A stretch of 57,320 bases of DNA from an uncultured Bacilli bacterium (GCA_944359885.1 CALVTC010000001.1:1-57320); one strand, 5' to 3'. Numbered from the stretch's first letter, positions 24,643 through 34,552 are shown. The notes: a model not told the origin generated them from the sequence alone. A program made the numbers and translations.

Positions 24643-25677
24643 TTACTTTTTTATACATGCTCCTCCTAGGCATTCTTTTTTTTCGTTATAAAATACAATA
24701 AATTGTCCTGGAGTAATGGCACGAATTGGATTTTTAAAAGTTACTTTTATTATGTTTTCTTCTTCTTTTATCTTTTCTATTTCCTCTAAATTTCCTCTAG
24801 ACCTAACTTTAGCATACAAAGGTTTTTCGTTTTGCTCAGTTTTATCCATTAAATAATTCATATTAGTTGCGATTACTTCTTTTTTAAAGAGTTCTTTATT
24901 AGGGCCTACAATAACTGTATTGTTTTTGATATCTAATTTTATTACATAAAGTGGTTTTTTGTAGGATATATTTAGACCTTTTCTTTGACCAATGGTATAT
25001 TGATATAGTCCATTATGCTTTCCTAGAATGGTTTTATTCATTAATATGATGTTACCAGGTATGTTTTTTAATCCTTGTTCTTTTAAAAATGTTTTATAAT
25101 CATCATTTGGAATAAAACAGATTTCTTGACTGTCTTTTTTGTCACTTACGGGTAGATGGTACTCTCTAGCCAATTGCCTTATTTTTTCTTTTGAGTTGTA
25201 TTTAGCTAGAGGAAATAAAATGTGTGGTAATACTTCTTTTTCTATTTGACATAAAAAGTATGATTGATCTTTTCCGTCTACATCGCTCATTATTAGGCGA
25301 TTATTTTTGATTTTTGCATAGTGTCCTGTTGCGATGTAATTAGCACCTAATTTTTTTGCTTGCTCAAAAAATATACCAAATTTAAATAGACGATTACATA
25401 GAATACATGGATTTGGTGTTTGTCCCTTTTGGTAAGAATCTATAAAATTTTTAATAATTTTTTGTTTAAATTCCTCTCTTAAATCAAAAATATAATGGTC
25501 TATTCCTATTTGCTTACAGATTTTTTTTGCGTCTTTTATTGCTTTTTTTGTTTCTTCATTGTCTAGTAAATACATTGTTGCTCCTATTACGTGATATCCT
25601 TGTTCTTTTAATAGGCAGGCAGCAACTGATGAGTCTACTCCTCCACTCATACCAATGACTACTGTTTTTTCTTTCAT
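24643..25677 (-). CDS. mnmA: tRNA 2-thiouridine(34) synthase
   Basis: PP-loop VVIGMSGGVDSSVAA, NPCILCNR, ATGHYA, KDQSYFL. Confidence 0.92.
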   Translation of the reverse strand: MKEKTVVIGMSGGVDSSVAACLLKEQGYHVIGATMYLLDNEETKKAIKDAKKICKQIGIDHYIFDLREEFKQKIIKNFIDSYQKGQTPNPCILCNRLFKFGIFFEQAKKLGANYIATGHYAKIKNNRLIMSDVDGKDQSYFLCQIEKEVLPHILFPLAKYNSKEKIRQLAREYHLPVSDKKDSQEICFIPNDDYKTFLKEQGLKNIPGNIILMNKTILGKHNGLYQYTIGQRKGLNISYKKPLYVIKLDIKNNTVIVGPNKELFKKEVIATNMNYLMDKTEQNEKPLYAKVRSRGNLEEIEKIKEEENIIKVTFKNPIRAITPGQFIVFYNEKKECLGGACIKK

Positions 25678-25739
25678 AAAATCACCAAGTTTATTATATC
25701 TTAGATTTAAAAAAGAAAAAAGATATCTTTGTGATATCC

Positions 25740-26336
25740 TTATAGAAAATTTAGTATCTTAGGTAATGCAAAGGTCTCTAATAGAGAAATAGCAATAGAA
25801 AACAGAAGAAATATTAGGCCAATTTTTAGATAACGTTTAATTATTAAATTCCAATTTCTAAGTTCTTTTTTAAATACACTTTTATAAAGTGCTATAGAAA
25901 AAGAAATGGCATAGTAACCTAGGAGAAAGCTCCCTAATAAATTTAGTATATTTGGTATTGTATAAACAATAGCGGTTATAATACCTTTTATTCCATAAGT
26001 TATTAAAATACTAGAGAAAGAAAATCCTGTTAGAAATCCTTTAAATAGGATTATAATTAATAGAAATGGAATTCCTATTAAAGAAATTCCTAATATCCAG
26101 ATTAAGATAGTTACTAGGATGTTATTTGTGAGACTAGATATTAGTCCTGATAGATAATTAATGTTATTTTTAGAGATTGCATCTATGAAGTCTTTAATGC
26201 TAGATGTAATTAATTCTTTATTACTTTTTGATAGTATTGCTGGAAAGAGTATTCCTAATAAAATAGATATTATTGTTAGTATTGTTAGTATTAATAATAG
26301 TTTATTTTGTTTTATCTCTTGTATTATTTTTTTCAT
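25740..26336 (-). CDS. spoIIM: stage II sporulation protein M-like membrane protein
   Basis: 198 aa, about 5 TM helices, with length and topology like SpoIIM. Sits in a xerD/sporulation neighbourhood. Confidence 0.6.
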   Translation of the reverse strand: MKKIIQEIKQNKLLLILTILTIISILLGILFPAILSKSNKELITSSIKDFIDAISKNNINYLSGLISSLTNNILVTILIWILGISLIGIPFLLIIILFKGFLTGFSFSSILITYGIKGIITAIVYTIPNILNLLGSFLLGYYAISFSIALYKSVFKKELRNWNLIIKRYLKIGLIFLLFSIAISLLETFALPKILNFL

Positions 26337-26441
26337 ATAATCTCCTTTGATATACTTTATTCTTTAGTATTATTAACTATGAAAAAAATAAATTTACTTT
26401 TTTAGACATTTATCTTATAATGTTAGATGAGGTGTATAAAA

Positions 26442-26528
26442 ATGAATGATAAAGTTGTAAAAGTGGTATCTGTTGTATTAGTTGTTGTGATGCTTGTATC
26501 ATTTTTAAGTGTATTATTATTTTTATAA
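26442..26528 (+). CDS. possible 28-aa hydrophobic micropeptide (MNDKVVKVVSVVLVVVMLVSFLSVLLFL)
   Basis: ATG preceded by GAGGTG with 7-nt spacing. A hairpin terminator follows immediately. Not in the ORF track because it is shorter than 60 aa. Confidence 0.3.
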   Translation: MNDKVVKVVSVVLVVVMLVSFLSVLLFL

Positions 26529-26533
26529 AAAAT

Positions 26534-26551
26534 GACATCACTATTGATGTC
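26534..26551. terminator. bidirectional hairpin terminator
   Basis: GACATCA-ctat-TGATGTC flanked by an A-run on the left and a T-run on the right, between convergent ORFs. Confidence 0.55.
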
Positions 26552-26553
26552 TT

Positions 26554-26856
26554 TTATTTTTCTATGTATCCTTCTAATTCTGGCATGATTTCTGTTATGG
26601 TACCGTCTGGAATATTATATTTATTTACAATATCATTGATTCTTTTTGTGTCTTTAGCAAGATATAACATTAAGATTCCTGCGATTCTATTTGCAGTATA
26701 TTGATCTAGAATTTTTCTATCTTCTGGTTTTATATGGTATTTTCTAGTGATATCTAAAATTGGTCCATAACCATATAAATAATTTGTTAGTGATTTAGAA
26801 ATAAACTCTATTTCTTTATTTTTGTCTGTTAGTTTTACTTTTGTCCATATTTTCAT
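26554..26856 (-). CDS. hypothetical 100-aa protein
   Basis: ORF with RBS aaaggaatga upstream. No family recognised. Confidence 0.4.
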   Translation of the reverse strand: MKIWTKVKLTDKNKEIEFISKSLTNYLYGYGPILDITRKYHIKPEDRKILDQYTANRIAGILMLYLAKDTKRINDIVNKYNIPDGTITEIMPELEGYIEK

Positions 26857-26919
26857 AATATCATTCCTTTTGGTATCTTATTCTATCATAAATTCTTTAA
26901 AAAATAAAGAGACAAAATT

Positions 26920-27915
26920 TTATTTGTCCCCTTCTTCTAGCATCGTTGTAATAAAGATTCCATATCCTTTTTTTGTATCATTTACAATCACATAGTTTAC
27001 TGCACCGATGATTTTATTATTCTGAAGTATTGGAGATCCACTCATTCCCTGAACTACGCCACCTGTTTTATTTAGTAAGTTTTCATCTGTAATTTCAAAA
27101 AGAATATTTTTGGTTTTACTATTGGTATCAATTCCTAGAATATTAATTTCAAATTCTTCTGTTTTATCGTTTTCTATTACCGTTTTTATGGTTGCTTTTC
27201 CTGTTTTTATGTCTTTAATGTCTCCTACTTCCATTGTTTCCATATTTGATATTTCTTCCATATATGTACCATAGATTCCTGTGATGTCATTGTTGTCTAT
27301 TTCTCCCTTGGTAGTTGTTTTTTCATAAGTTGCGTTTTTTTCTCCTGCATTACCATCCCTACTTTTTTCGATGTTAGACACCGTTGCGTTAAATATTTTT
27401 CCATCTTTAATTTCAAATTTCTGGGCAGTTGTTGTTTCTATTATTTCGTGTCCTAAGGCACCAAATCTTTTTGTAGTAGGATCAATGTAGGTTAATGTTC
27501 CAACTCCATTAATCTGGTCTTTTACATAAAGACCTGTTTTTAGTACAGAGTCAGTATCTTCTTTTAAATTTAGAGAAATTGTTTTTTCCTCTTTTCCTCT
27601 TGTAATTGTAAATTCTACTTTACTAGTGTTTTGATTTTTTAAGGCATCTACCATTGTAGATATGGAGTTTACTTCTGTTTTATTAATTTTTGTGATTTTG
27701 TCGCCCACTTCAAAACCTGCATCTTTTGCAATGTATGCATTATCGACTTCGTAGAATCCAACTACTAAAACGCCTTTGGAATTTACTTCAATTCCAATTG
27801 TTTCTCCTGATGCAATTACATAATTTGAATAAGCATAAGCATTTATGGGAACAATAACTGTAAGAAGAATTGTTATGTATAGTAGTAATTTGTTTTTAAA
27901 TTTCAAAAAAATCAC
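26920..27915 (-). CDS. spoIVB: SpoIVB peptidase (S55) with PDZ domain
   Basis: N-terminal anchor, PDZ (GFEVGDKITKINKTEV), GTLTYIDP...FGALGH, and catalytic GGVVQGMSGSPILQNNKIIGAV. Confidence 0.85.
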   Translation of the reverse strand: MIFLKFKNKLLLYITILLTVIVPINAYAYSNYVIASGETIGIEVNSKGVLVVGFYEVDNAYIAKDAGFEVGDKITKINKTEVNSISTMVDALKNQNTSKVEFTITRGKEEKTISLNLKEDTDSVLKTGLYVKDQINGVGTLTYIDPTTKRFGALGHEIIETTTAQKFEIKDGKIFNATVSNIEKSRDGNAGEKNATYEKTTTKGEIDNNDITGIYGTYMEEISNMETMEVGDIKDIKTGKATIKTVIENDKTEEFEINILGIDTNSKTKNILFEITDENLLNKTGGVVQGMSGSPILQNNKIIGAVNYVIVNDTKKGYGIFITTMLEEGDK

Positions 27916-28006
27916 CTCTTTTCTTTACTACATTTATAGTTTGATTTTTTTCATTTTTATTATGTTAAATAGTTTTTACCATTTACACTAAAATTTTACA
28001 TTTTTT

Positions 28007-28035
28007 TTGACTTTTGATGTGGTTTTCGCTATAGT
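28007..28035 (+). promoter_or_regulatory. sigma-A-type promoter
   Basis: TTGACT, exactly 17 nt, then TATAGT. It lies 18 nt upstream of the RBS region of the 28054 ORF. Confidence 0.5.
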
Positions 28036-28053
28036 TATAATAGAGGTGATAAT

Positions 28054-28734
28054 ATGAAAGAGGATCGTATTGGTATTCCCGATTTTATGGAAAAAACAAG
28101 CGATAATTATTATAAACGACCAAGACAAAATTTAGATATTGAGGTAGATGATGATTATCGTTTAGCGAAAGAAAATTCTTTAAATCCAAAAATAGTTCAA
28201 GCAAAACGAAGTAGAAAAAAGTTATCTATTGGTAAATGTGTTACGGCTGGTATTGCGTTTGTAACAATTGCTTCTGGAGTTAATATGGGTGTTTCTTATA
28301 TACAAGATGAAAGAAATTTACATAATTATTTGGAACCATTAAATCAAGTGCTTGTTGATAATAGCGGTAGAACACAAGGTAATGATGGATATTGGATTAA
28401 TGATGTAGCTGTTGCGAATACTTATCGTGAAATGATTGATCAGGGTGAATATGATGAATTGGCAGTTGCCTATTTTGTTACGCAGCGTCTAACGGATACT
28501 TATGAACAGGATGAAGCTGATACAATTTTTGATATTGCTCTTGGCGAAGATCGAAATGAATGGGCTCAGAAACGTGGTTATAGTGGTATTGATGATCCTG
28601 CTTTTCTTAGTGAATCTCGTACTATGTTGCTTCGTAATATGAACTCTAAGGATTCACAAGATGAACTTGGTGCAATGCTTTCTGATAGTGTTGTTGCGAT
28701 TGATACACAAGTGAAAGGTATGGGTGGTAGATAA
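28054..28734 (+). CDS. hypothetical single-pass membrane protein
   Basis: 226-aa ORF, RBS agaggtga, one TM (CVTAGIAFVTIASGVNMGV). No family recognised. Confidence 0.45.
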   Translation: MKEDRIGIPDFMEKTSDNYYKRPRQNLDIEVDDDYRLAKENSLNPKIVQAKRSRKKLSIGKCVTAGIAFVTIASGVNMGVSYIQDERNLHNYLEPLNQVLVDNSGRTQGNDGYWINDVAVANTYREMIDQGEYDELAVAYFVTQRLTDTYEQDEADTIFDIALGEDRNEWAQKRGYSGIDDPAFLSESRTMLLRNMNSKDSQDELGAMLSDSVVAIDTQVKGMGGR

Positions 28735-28952
28735 TGAAAGAAGTAGAAATGTATTCTTTTGATAATAAAAATTATTTTTTATTGTCAAAGATTGGAACTT
28801 ATTTATATCTTTCTAATGAAGATAATCCTAAAGATATTATGATCCGTAAAGTTGATCCTAATCATGATGATGTTTTATTACCACTTGATAGTGATGAGGA
28901 GTTTGAAGATGCTTTGTTACTTTTAACTAGAAAAAAAGGTGGACAAGAATAA
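28734..28952 (+). CDS. small acidic protein, DUF1292-like
   Basis: 72 aa, ATAATG overlap with the upstream gene. The pattern ...YFLLSK...IMIRKV...LPLDSDEEFEDALLLL resembles UPF0473/DUF1292. Confidence 0.35.
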   Translation: MKEVEMYSFDNKNYFLLSKIGTYLYLSNEDNPKDIMIRKVDPNHDDVLLPLDSDEEFEDALLLLTRKKGGQE

Positions 28953-28985
28953 AAGAAGCTTTTGTCGAGCTTCTTTTTATTTTTT
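28953..28985. terminator. bidirectional terminator between convergent genes
   Basis: AAGAAGCT-tttgtcg-AGCTTCTT stem flanked by A- and T-runs. Confidence 0.7.
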
Positions 28986-29217
28986 ATTCTTCTATTTTAA
29001 AATCACTAAGAGATCCGTCTGGATTTACTATTTTGGTGATGGCTTCTTCTGCTGACTTTAGTTTTTCATCACAACTTTTTGCTAGTTGCATTGCTTTGTT
29101 AAATTCACGAATAGCATCATCTAATGGAACTTCTCCAGTCTCTAATTTTTTAACGATTTCTTCTAGATTTTTTAAACTTTCTTCAAATGTTAATTCTTTT
29201 TCTTCTGTTTTTGACAT
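28984..29217 (-). CDS. xseB: exodeoxyribonuclease VII small subunit
   Basis: 77 aa. FEESLKNLEEIVKKLETGEVPLDDAI..F..A..L pattern. Immediately downstream of xseA. Confidence 0.85.
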   Translation of the reverse strand: MSKTEEKELTFEESLKNLEEIVKKLETGEVPLDDAIREFNKAMQLAKSCDEKLKSAEEAITKIVNPDGSLSDFKIEE

Positions 29218-29229
29218 AGTACTCTCCTT

Positions 29230-30483
29230 TTATAATATTTTGGCATCAATTGTGCCATCAGTTAATGTTAATTCTATTTTATCGTTCTTTTTTAATTGTT
29301 TAATACTTGTAATTATTTTGTCCTCTTTTTTTGTGATAGCATAACCGCGTTTTATTGTTAGTAAAGGACTTAGTGGTTCTAATTTTGATATTAATTGTAA
29401 ATACTTGTTTTTTTGTGAGGTAATTATTTTTTCAGGATTTTGAAAAATATAGGAGCTCATTATAGAGATATATTTTTTTTCTTTTATTGATAGAATGTTT
29501 TTACTTGCATATTTTAGACGGTCTAAGATCGAATCAAATTGTAGTTCTTTTGCTTGATAGATTGCGATTGGGTTTTGAAAAATATATCTACTTTCGATTT
29601 CTTCCAATTTTTGTTTATTTATATTGATTTTGTGTTGTATCGCTTTATTTAGTCTTATTTTTAATTGATTGAGATAATTTTCTACATCTGTTTTTTGAGG
29701 TACAGCTAGTTCTGCTGCTCCTGTTGGAGTTGGTGCCCTTAAATCTGCAACAAAATCAGCAATGGTAAAGTCTATTTCATGCCCTACTGCGCTTATGATT
29801 GGAGTTTTACATGCGTATATACTTCTAGCAACAATTTCTTCGTTAAATGGCCATAAATCTTCAATTGAGCCTCCACCTCTACCTACAATTAATGTATCTA
29901 AGTTGTAATCTTTTGATCTTTCTATTTGCTTAACAATATCTTCTTTTGCATTGTCTCCTTGTACAAGAGATGGAAAAAGTATAATTTCAGCAAGTGGCCA
30001 ACGTCTTTTAATTGTTGATATAATATCTTTAATAGCTGCTCCTGTAGGTGCGGTTACTACCCCTACCCTAGTTGGTATTTTAGGGATTGTTTTTTTATGG
30101 TCTTGTCTAAATAGTCCCTCTTGTTCTAATTTCTTTTTCAATTGTTCATAGGCAATATATAGATTTCCTACTCCGTCTTCTAACATATCGTTTATATAAA
30201 TTTGATATCCTCCATTTGCTTCAAAAACACTTATTTTTCCAGTTACTAGAACTTTCATGCCATCTTGAGGCATAAATTTTATTTTCTTTGTGTTGGATGC
30301 AAACATGATAGCATTAATTCTTGAAGTTTCATCTTTTAATGTAAAATAGAAATGTCCCCTACTATGAGCCTTAAAGTTTGATATTTCTCCTTTTAAGAAG
30401 ACTTCATTTAGATTTACATCATTATCTATTTTATATTTAATATATCTAGTTAATTGTGTTACTGTGATATATTTATCGTTCAT
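29230..30483 (-). CDS. xseA: exodeoxyribonuclease VII large subunit
   Basis: OB-fold N-terminus (VFLKGEISNFK..SGHFYFTLKD), VGVVTAPTGAAIKDI, RGGGSIEDLW. Confidence 0.9.
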   Translation of the reverse strand: MNDKYITVTQLTRYIKYKIDNDVNLNEVFLKGEISNFKAHSRGHFYFTLKDETSRINAIMFASNTKKIKFMPQDGMKVLVTGKISVFEANGGYQIYINDMLEDGVGNLYIAYEQLKKKLEQEGLFRQDHKKTIPKIPTRVGVVTAPTGAAIKDIISTIKRRWPLAEIILFPSLVQGDNAKEDIVKQIERSKDYNLDTLIVGRGGGSIEDLWPFNEEIVARSIYACKTPIISAVGHEIDFTIADFVADLRAPTPTGAAELAVPQKTDVENYLNQLKIRLNKAIQHKININKQKLEEIESRYIFQNPIAIYQAKELQFDSILDRLKYASKNILSIKEKKYISIMSSYIFQNPEKIITSQKNKYLQLISKLEPLSPLLTIKRGYAITKKEDKIITSIKQLKKNDKIELTLTDGTIDAKIL

Positions 30484-30497
30484 ATACTAATCCCTTT

Positions 30498-30899
30498 CTA
30501 TTTTTCTTCTTCATGATAAATTTTATCCAATATACCGTTTATCATTTTTGTAACTGCTTCTTCAGAATATTTTTTTGATAATTCTATTGCTTCGTTGATA
30601 GCAACAACACTTGGCGTATCTGTATAGATTAACTCATAAATAGCAAGAGATAGTATCGCTTTGTCTACTTTATTTAGTCTGTCTATAGTCCAGTTGTTCA
30701 TATATTTATTTGCTAATTTATTAATTTCTTTTTGATGTTTTATAATTCCCTCTACACAATCATTTACATAATCATTTTCAATTTCTAGTTGTTCTTTAAT
30801 TAATTCTTTAATATCATATTTGTTTTTTGTTTTATCTAGTATATAGGTTTGATAGATTACCTTCATGATAATCTCTCTTAATTCACTTCTATTTTTCAT
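30498..30899 (-). CDS. nusB: transcription antitermination factor NusB
   Basis: 133 aa. R.ELRE..M..IYQ N-terminus, ...LNKVDKAILSLAIYEL..., AINEAIELSKKY. Confidence 0.85.
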   Translation of the reverse strand: MKNRSELREIIMKVIYQTYILDKTKNKYDIKELIKEQLEIENDYVNDCVEGIIKHQKEINKLANKYMNNWTIDRLNKVDKAILSLAIYELIYTDTPSVVAINEAIELSKKYSEEAVTKMINGILDKIYHEEEK

Positions 30900-30903
30900 G
30901 TTT

Positions 30904-33477
30904 TCATTCCTTTCTTGTTACTTCTTTTTTTAGTTCGTATAAGTAATTTAGTGCTTCCATTGGCGTCATTTCTAGAGGGTTAATTTCTTTTATTTTTTCT
31001 TCTATTTTATTCTTTTTAGGTTCTGCTTTGCTTTCAGATAATTCAAAAAGTGATGTTTGTGTAAATGTTTCTTTTTTTACGTTTTTATGTTCATATATGT
31101 TTAAGATTTCATCTGCTCTTTTGATTAAACTTTCTGGAAGGTGTGCAAGTGATGCGACATGGATACCGTAGCTTTTATCTACTGCACCATTTTTAACTTT
31201 GTGTAAGAATGTTATTTTACCATCTTTTTCTATTGCTGATACATGAACATTCTTTAAATGTTTTAAATCTTTTTCTAAGACGGTTAATTCGTGATAATGA
31301 GTTGAAAACATTGTTTTTGCTTTGATTTTATCGTGAATATATTCAAGTATTGCCTGGGCAAGACTCATTCCATCATAAGTTGCTGTACCGCGACCTAGTT
31401 CATCAAATAAAATTAGACTATGTTCTGTTGCTTCACTAATTGCTGTATTTGCTTCTTTCATTTCGACCATGAAAGTAGATTCTCCACTTACTAGGTCATC
31501 GCTTGCTCCAATTCTTGTGAATATCTTATCAAATATTGGCATTGTACAGCTCTTACATGGAACAAAACAACCTATTTGTGCCATAATTACAGTAATTGCA
31601 CATTGTCTCATATAAGTAGATTTTCCGGCCATGTTTGGCCCTGTGATTAATAAAATATCTGTTGTTTTATCCATAATAATGTCGTTTGGAATATATTTAT
31701 CTTTCATAACTTGTTCTACTACTGGATGGCGACAGTCAATCATTTTAATTGTTTTTTCTTCGGTAATAGTTGGGCGAACAAATTTATATTGATCGCTTAC
31801 GATAGAAAATGATTGTAGCATATCTACTTCGCTGATGATTTTGGCAATTCTTTGAAGCTTAGATATATACCTTTTTACTACTTCTCTTATATCCATAAAT
31901 AATTTGTATTCTAAGTTGATTATTTTTTCTTCCGCTCCTAAAATGATATTTTCTTTTTCTTTTAATAATGGGGTTGTAAATCTTTCACAATTTGCTAGAG
32001 TTTGTTTTCTATCATACCCAAATTCTTCTTTTACTAGGTGTGTTTGTCCTTTTGATACTTCAATATAGTAACCAAATACTTTATTGAATCCAACTTTTAA
32101 ATTTTTGATTCCAGTTCGTTCTTTTTCTTTTTGTTCTAATTCTAATATAAAGTCTTTAGAACCACTACTAATTCTTTTTAGCTCGTCTAACTCTTCGTTA
32201 TACCCTTCTTTAATTAAATGTCCTTCATGTAGTGTAAATGGAGCATCTTCTAGTATCGTTTTATCTAGTAATTGATATAGTTCTTCTAATGTTTCTAATT
32301 TTTTATCATAGTTTATTTCTTCTAATATTTTTTTTATTGCAGGAAGATGAGCAAGAGAGTTTTTTAATTGTAATAAGTCTTTGGCATTTAAATTTCCATA
32401 AGTGATTCTTCCTGCTAGACGTTCTAAATCGTAGACATTTCCTAGTTCTTTGATTAAATCATCGCGTAGAATAAACTCTGTTGATAGTTTTTCTATCATG
32501 TCATAGCGTCTTTTTATTTCGTCTTTATTTGTTAATGGGTTTTCTATATTATATTTTAAATATCTAGATCCCATGGCAGTTTTATTTTTATCTAATAACC
32601 ATAATAAACTATATTGACGTTCTCTATTTCTTAGAGTTTCTGTTAATTCTAAGTTTCTTTTTGTATTGCTATCAAATTCTAAGTATTCACTACTTTTTAT
32701 TACTCTACATTTTTGTAAGTGATGTAGATCTCCTTTTTTGGTATCAATAATATAATAAAGGAGGTGTTTTAAAGTAGATGTAATTCTAATATCTTCTATA
32801 TCTTTATAGATGTATTCGTAATTTTTATCTTCTAATTCTTCTTTTGTTATTGTTACTAAAACATTGTAGTTACTTCTTAATGTTTCTATTATTTCTCGAT
32901 TGATAGAGTCGTTTACAATTACTTCTTTAAAGCCGTGTTTTACTACTTCTTTAATTACTTTATCTTTTTCTCCTTCTATTAACATGGCATAAACTTCACC
33001 TGTTGAAATATCTGCAAAGCTAATTCCATAGCAGTAGTCAAAATTATAGATGTTAGCAATAAAATTATTTGATTTAGAGTCCATATTTTCATCAATTCTA
33101 GTCCCTTTGGTAATAACTTGTACTACATCTCTTTTGACCATTCCTTTGGTTTCTTTGGGATCTTCTAGTTGTTCACAAATTGCAACTTTATATCCTTTTT
33201 CAATTAAAGTATCTACATAGGAAGCATAGGCATGATGAGGAACTCCACACATTGGAACTCTTTCTTCTAGGCCTGCTTGTTTTCCTGTTAGAGTTAATTC
33301 TAGAACGCGAGATGCAATGATGGCATCTTCAAAGAACATTTCATAGAAATCCCCCAGGCGAAAAAAGATAATACTATCTTCGTATTTATCTTTTATCTCC
33401 ATATACTGTTGCATCATTGGACTTAATTTTTCTCTTTGTACTTCACTACGTTTCATTTTTTTCACCACTAGTACCAT
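30904..33477 (-). CDS. mutS: DNA mismatch repair protein MutS
   Basis: SPMMQQYMEIK, FFRLGDFYEMFFEDA mismatch-binding motif, Walker A GPNMAGKST, DELGRGTATYDG, THYHEL. Confidence 0.95.
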   Translation of the reverse strand: MVLVVKKMKRSEVQREKLSPMMQQYMEIKDKYEDSIIFFRLGDFYEMFFEDAIIASRVLELTLTGKQAGLEERVPMCGVPHHAYASYVDTLIEKGYKVAICEQLEDPKETKGMVKRDVVQVITKGTRIDENMDSKSNNFIANIYNFDYCYGISFADISTGEVYAMLIEGEKDKVIKEVVKHGFKEVIVNDSINREIIETLRSNYNVLVTITKEELEDKNYEYIYKDIEDIRITSTLKHLLYYIIDTKKGDLHHLQKCRVIKSSEYLEFDSNTKRNLELTETLRNRERQYSLLWLLDKNKTAMGSRYLKYNIENPLTNKDEIKRRYDMIEKLSTEFILRDDLIKELGNVYDLERLAGRITYGNLNAKDLLQLKNSLAHLPAIKKILEEINYDKKLETLEELYQLLDKTILEDAPFTLHEGHLIKEGYNEELDELKRISSGSKDFILELEQKEKERTGIKNLKVGFNKVFGYYIEVSKGQTHLVKEEFGYDRKQTLANCERFTTPLLKEKENIILGAEEKIINLEYKLFMDIREVVKRYISKLQRIAKIISEVDMLQSFSIVSDQYKFVRPTITEEKTIKMIDCRHPVVEQVMKDKYIPNDIIMDKTTDILLITGPNMAGKSTYMRQCAITVIMAQIGCFVPCKSCTMPIFDKIFTRIGASDDLVSGESTFMVEMKEANTAISEATEHSLILFDELGRGTATYDGMSLAQAILEYIHDKIKAKTMFSTHYHELTVLEKDLKHLKNVHVSAIEKDGKITFLHKVKNGAVDKSYGIHVASLAHLPESLIKRADEILNIYEHKNVKKETFTQTSLFELSESKAEPKKNKIEEKIKEINPLEMTPMEALNYLYELKKEVTRKE

Positions 33478-33518
33478 TATAGCAAAATTTCCTTTTATTT
33501 CCTAGTAAAAGATGTTTT

Positions 33519-34505
33519 TTAAGTATGTAAATAATTCATCTGGTTAGATGTTGTTATGGATTGTTTTTTACTTCTGAAAAATATTTTTGCAAAAAGATAA
33601 TTTTTTCTTTTTTTAGGTAGTAATATGGAAAGTGTTTCTTCTTTTCTTTTTGTTATTTCTCCGAAAGAAATCGCTAATTTTTCTATTGGAAAGAATGGAT
33701 TTATTTTTTCTTTATATACTGATAGAGTTGTTTTCATTAAGGCATTATAAGAGTCTGTTGCTTTAGAAAGTTTTATTGGTATTGTTTGTTTTGGAATGAT
33801 GTTATTTGCGTATTTAATATAAAGATAGATTGTTTTCGTTTTTAGATTTTCTTCTTTTAATTTTAAGATGTTAAAATCTAGTAAAGGTATTAACTCTTGT
33901 ATACTTTCTTTTGTCGATTTGATTGTTTTAAAGGTTGTTGTTGAAGAAACTCTTTTTGGTGTTTTTGTTTTTCTTAATTCTTTTATGGTTGTACACTCTA
34001 AACCTAGTGAGTGATTGATTAAATATTCAGCATTTTTCCCAAAAATTTCATATAATTTTTTGTAGGAATAATTTCTAATATCTTCCATGGTATCAATTCC
34101 GAGACCTTTTAGTTTTAACATCATGCTGTTGCTGATTTGCCAAAAGTCTGATAATGGTTTGTATGTAGATAAGAAAGTGAAATATTTTTTTTCATCTAAA
34201 AAAGCAATTATTATTTTTTTTCTTTTTGTTACAATATTACAGGCAGTTTTTGCTAGGAATAAATTTGTCCCTATTCCTATTTTTATGGAACTATATTTTT
34301 CTTTTGTTAAAGTATTTTTTAATTCTTGTGCAATTTTGTAATCTGTTTTTTGATATAGTTCTTCATAGTTTGTAATATCAATAAAATATTCTCCTTCTGA
34401 GTATAAAAAGATGTCTTCATAGAAGAATTTATCTGTTAGGATTTCGTAGATTTTTTCAGGACGTTTATCTTTCTTTATTTGTAGTACTAAGTATTTCTTT
34501 TTCAT
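33519..34505 (-). CDS. Y-family DNA polymerase homologue lacking the N-terminal catalytic segment (probably inactive, ImuB-like)
   Basis: Collinear with DinB/UmuC from the SLDEAYLD-equivalent onward (here YSEGEYFID), with GIGTNLFLAKTA and the HhH LKGLGIDTMEDI. It is about 70-100 aa short at the N-terminus, with no DxD/FFA motif. Confidence 0.55.
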   Translation of the reverse strand: MKKKYLVLQIKKDKRPEKIYEILTDKFFYEDIFLYSEGEYFIDITNYEELYQKTDYKIAQELKNTLTKEKYSSIKIGIGTNLFLAKTACNIVTKRKKIIIAFLDEKKYFTFLSTYKPLSDFWQISNSMMLKLKGLGIDTMEDIRNYSYKKLYEIFGKNAEYLINHSLGLECTTIKELRKTKTPKRVSSTTTFKTIKSTKESIQELIPLLDFNILKLKEENLKTKTIYLYIKYANNIIPKQTIPIKLSKATDSYNALMKTTLSVYKEKINPFFPIEKLAISFGEITKRKEETLSILLPKKRKNYLFAKIFFRSKKQSITTSNQMNYLHT

Positions 34506-34538
34506 TTTTATTCCTCCCTTTTCTTCTGATTAAATTAT

Positions 34539-34552
34539 AGTACAATTGTTCG
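34539..34552 (-). promoter_or_regulatory. SOS (LexA/Cheo)-like box abutting a TATAAT -10
   Basis: The minus strand reads CGAACAATTGTACTATAAT. CGAAC-N4-GTAC approximates the Firmicute CGAAC-N4-GTTCG box. RBS gggagg and the ATG lie about 30 nt downstream. Confidence 0.35.
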
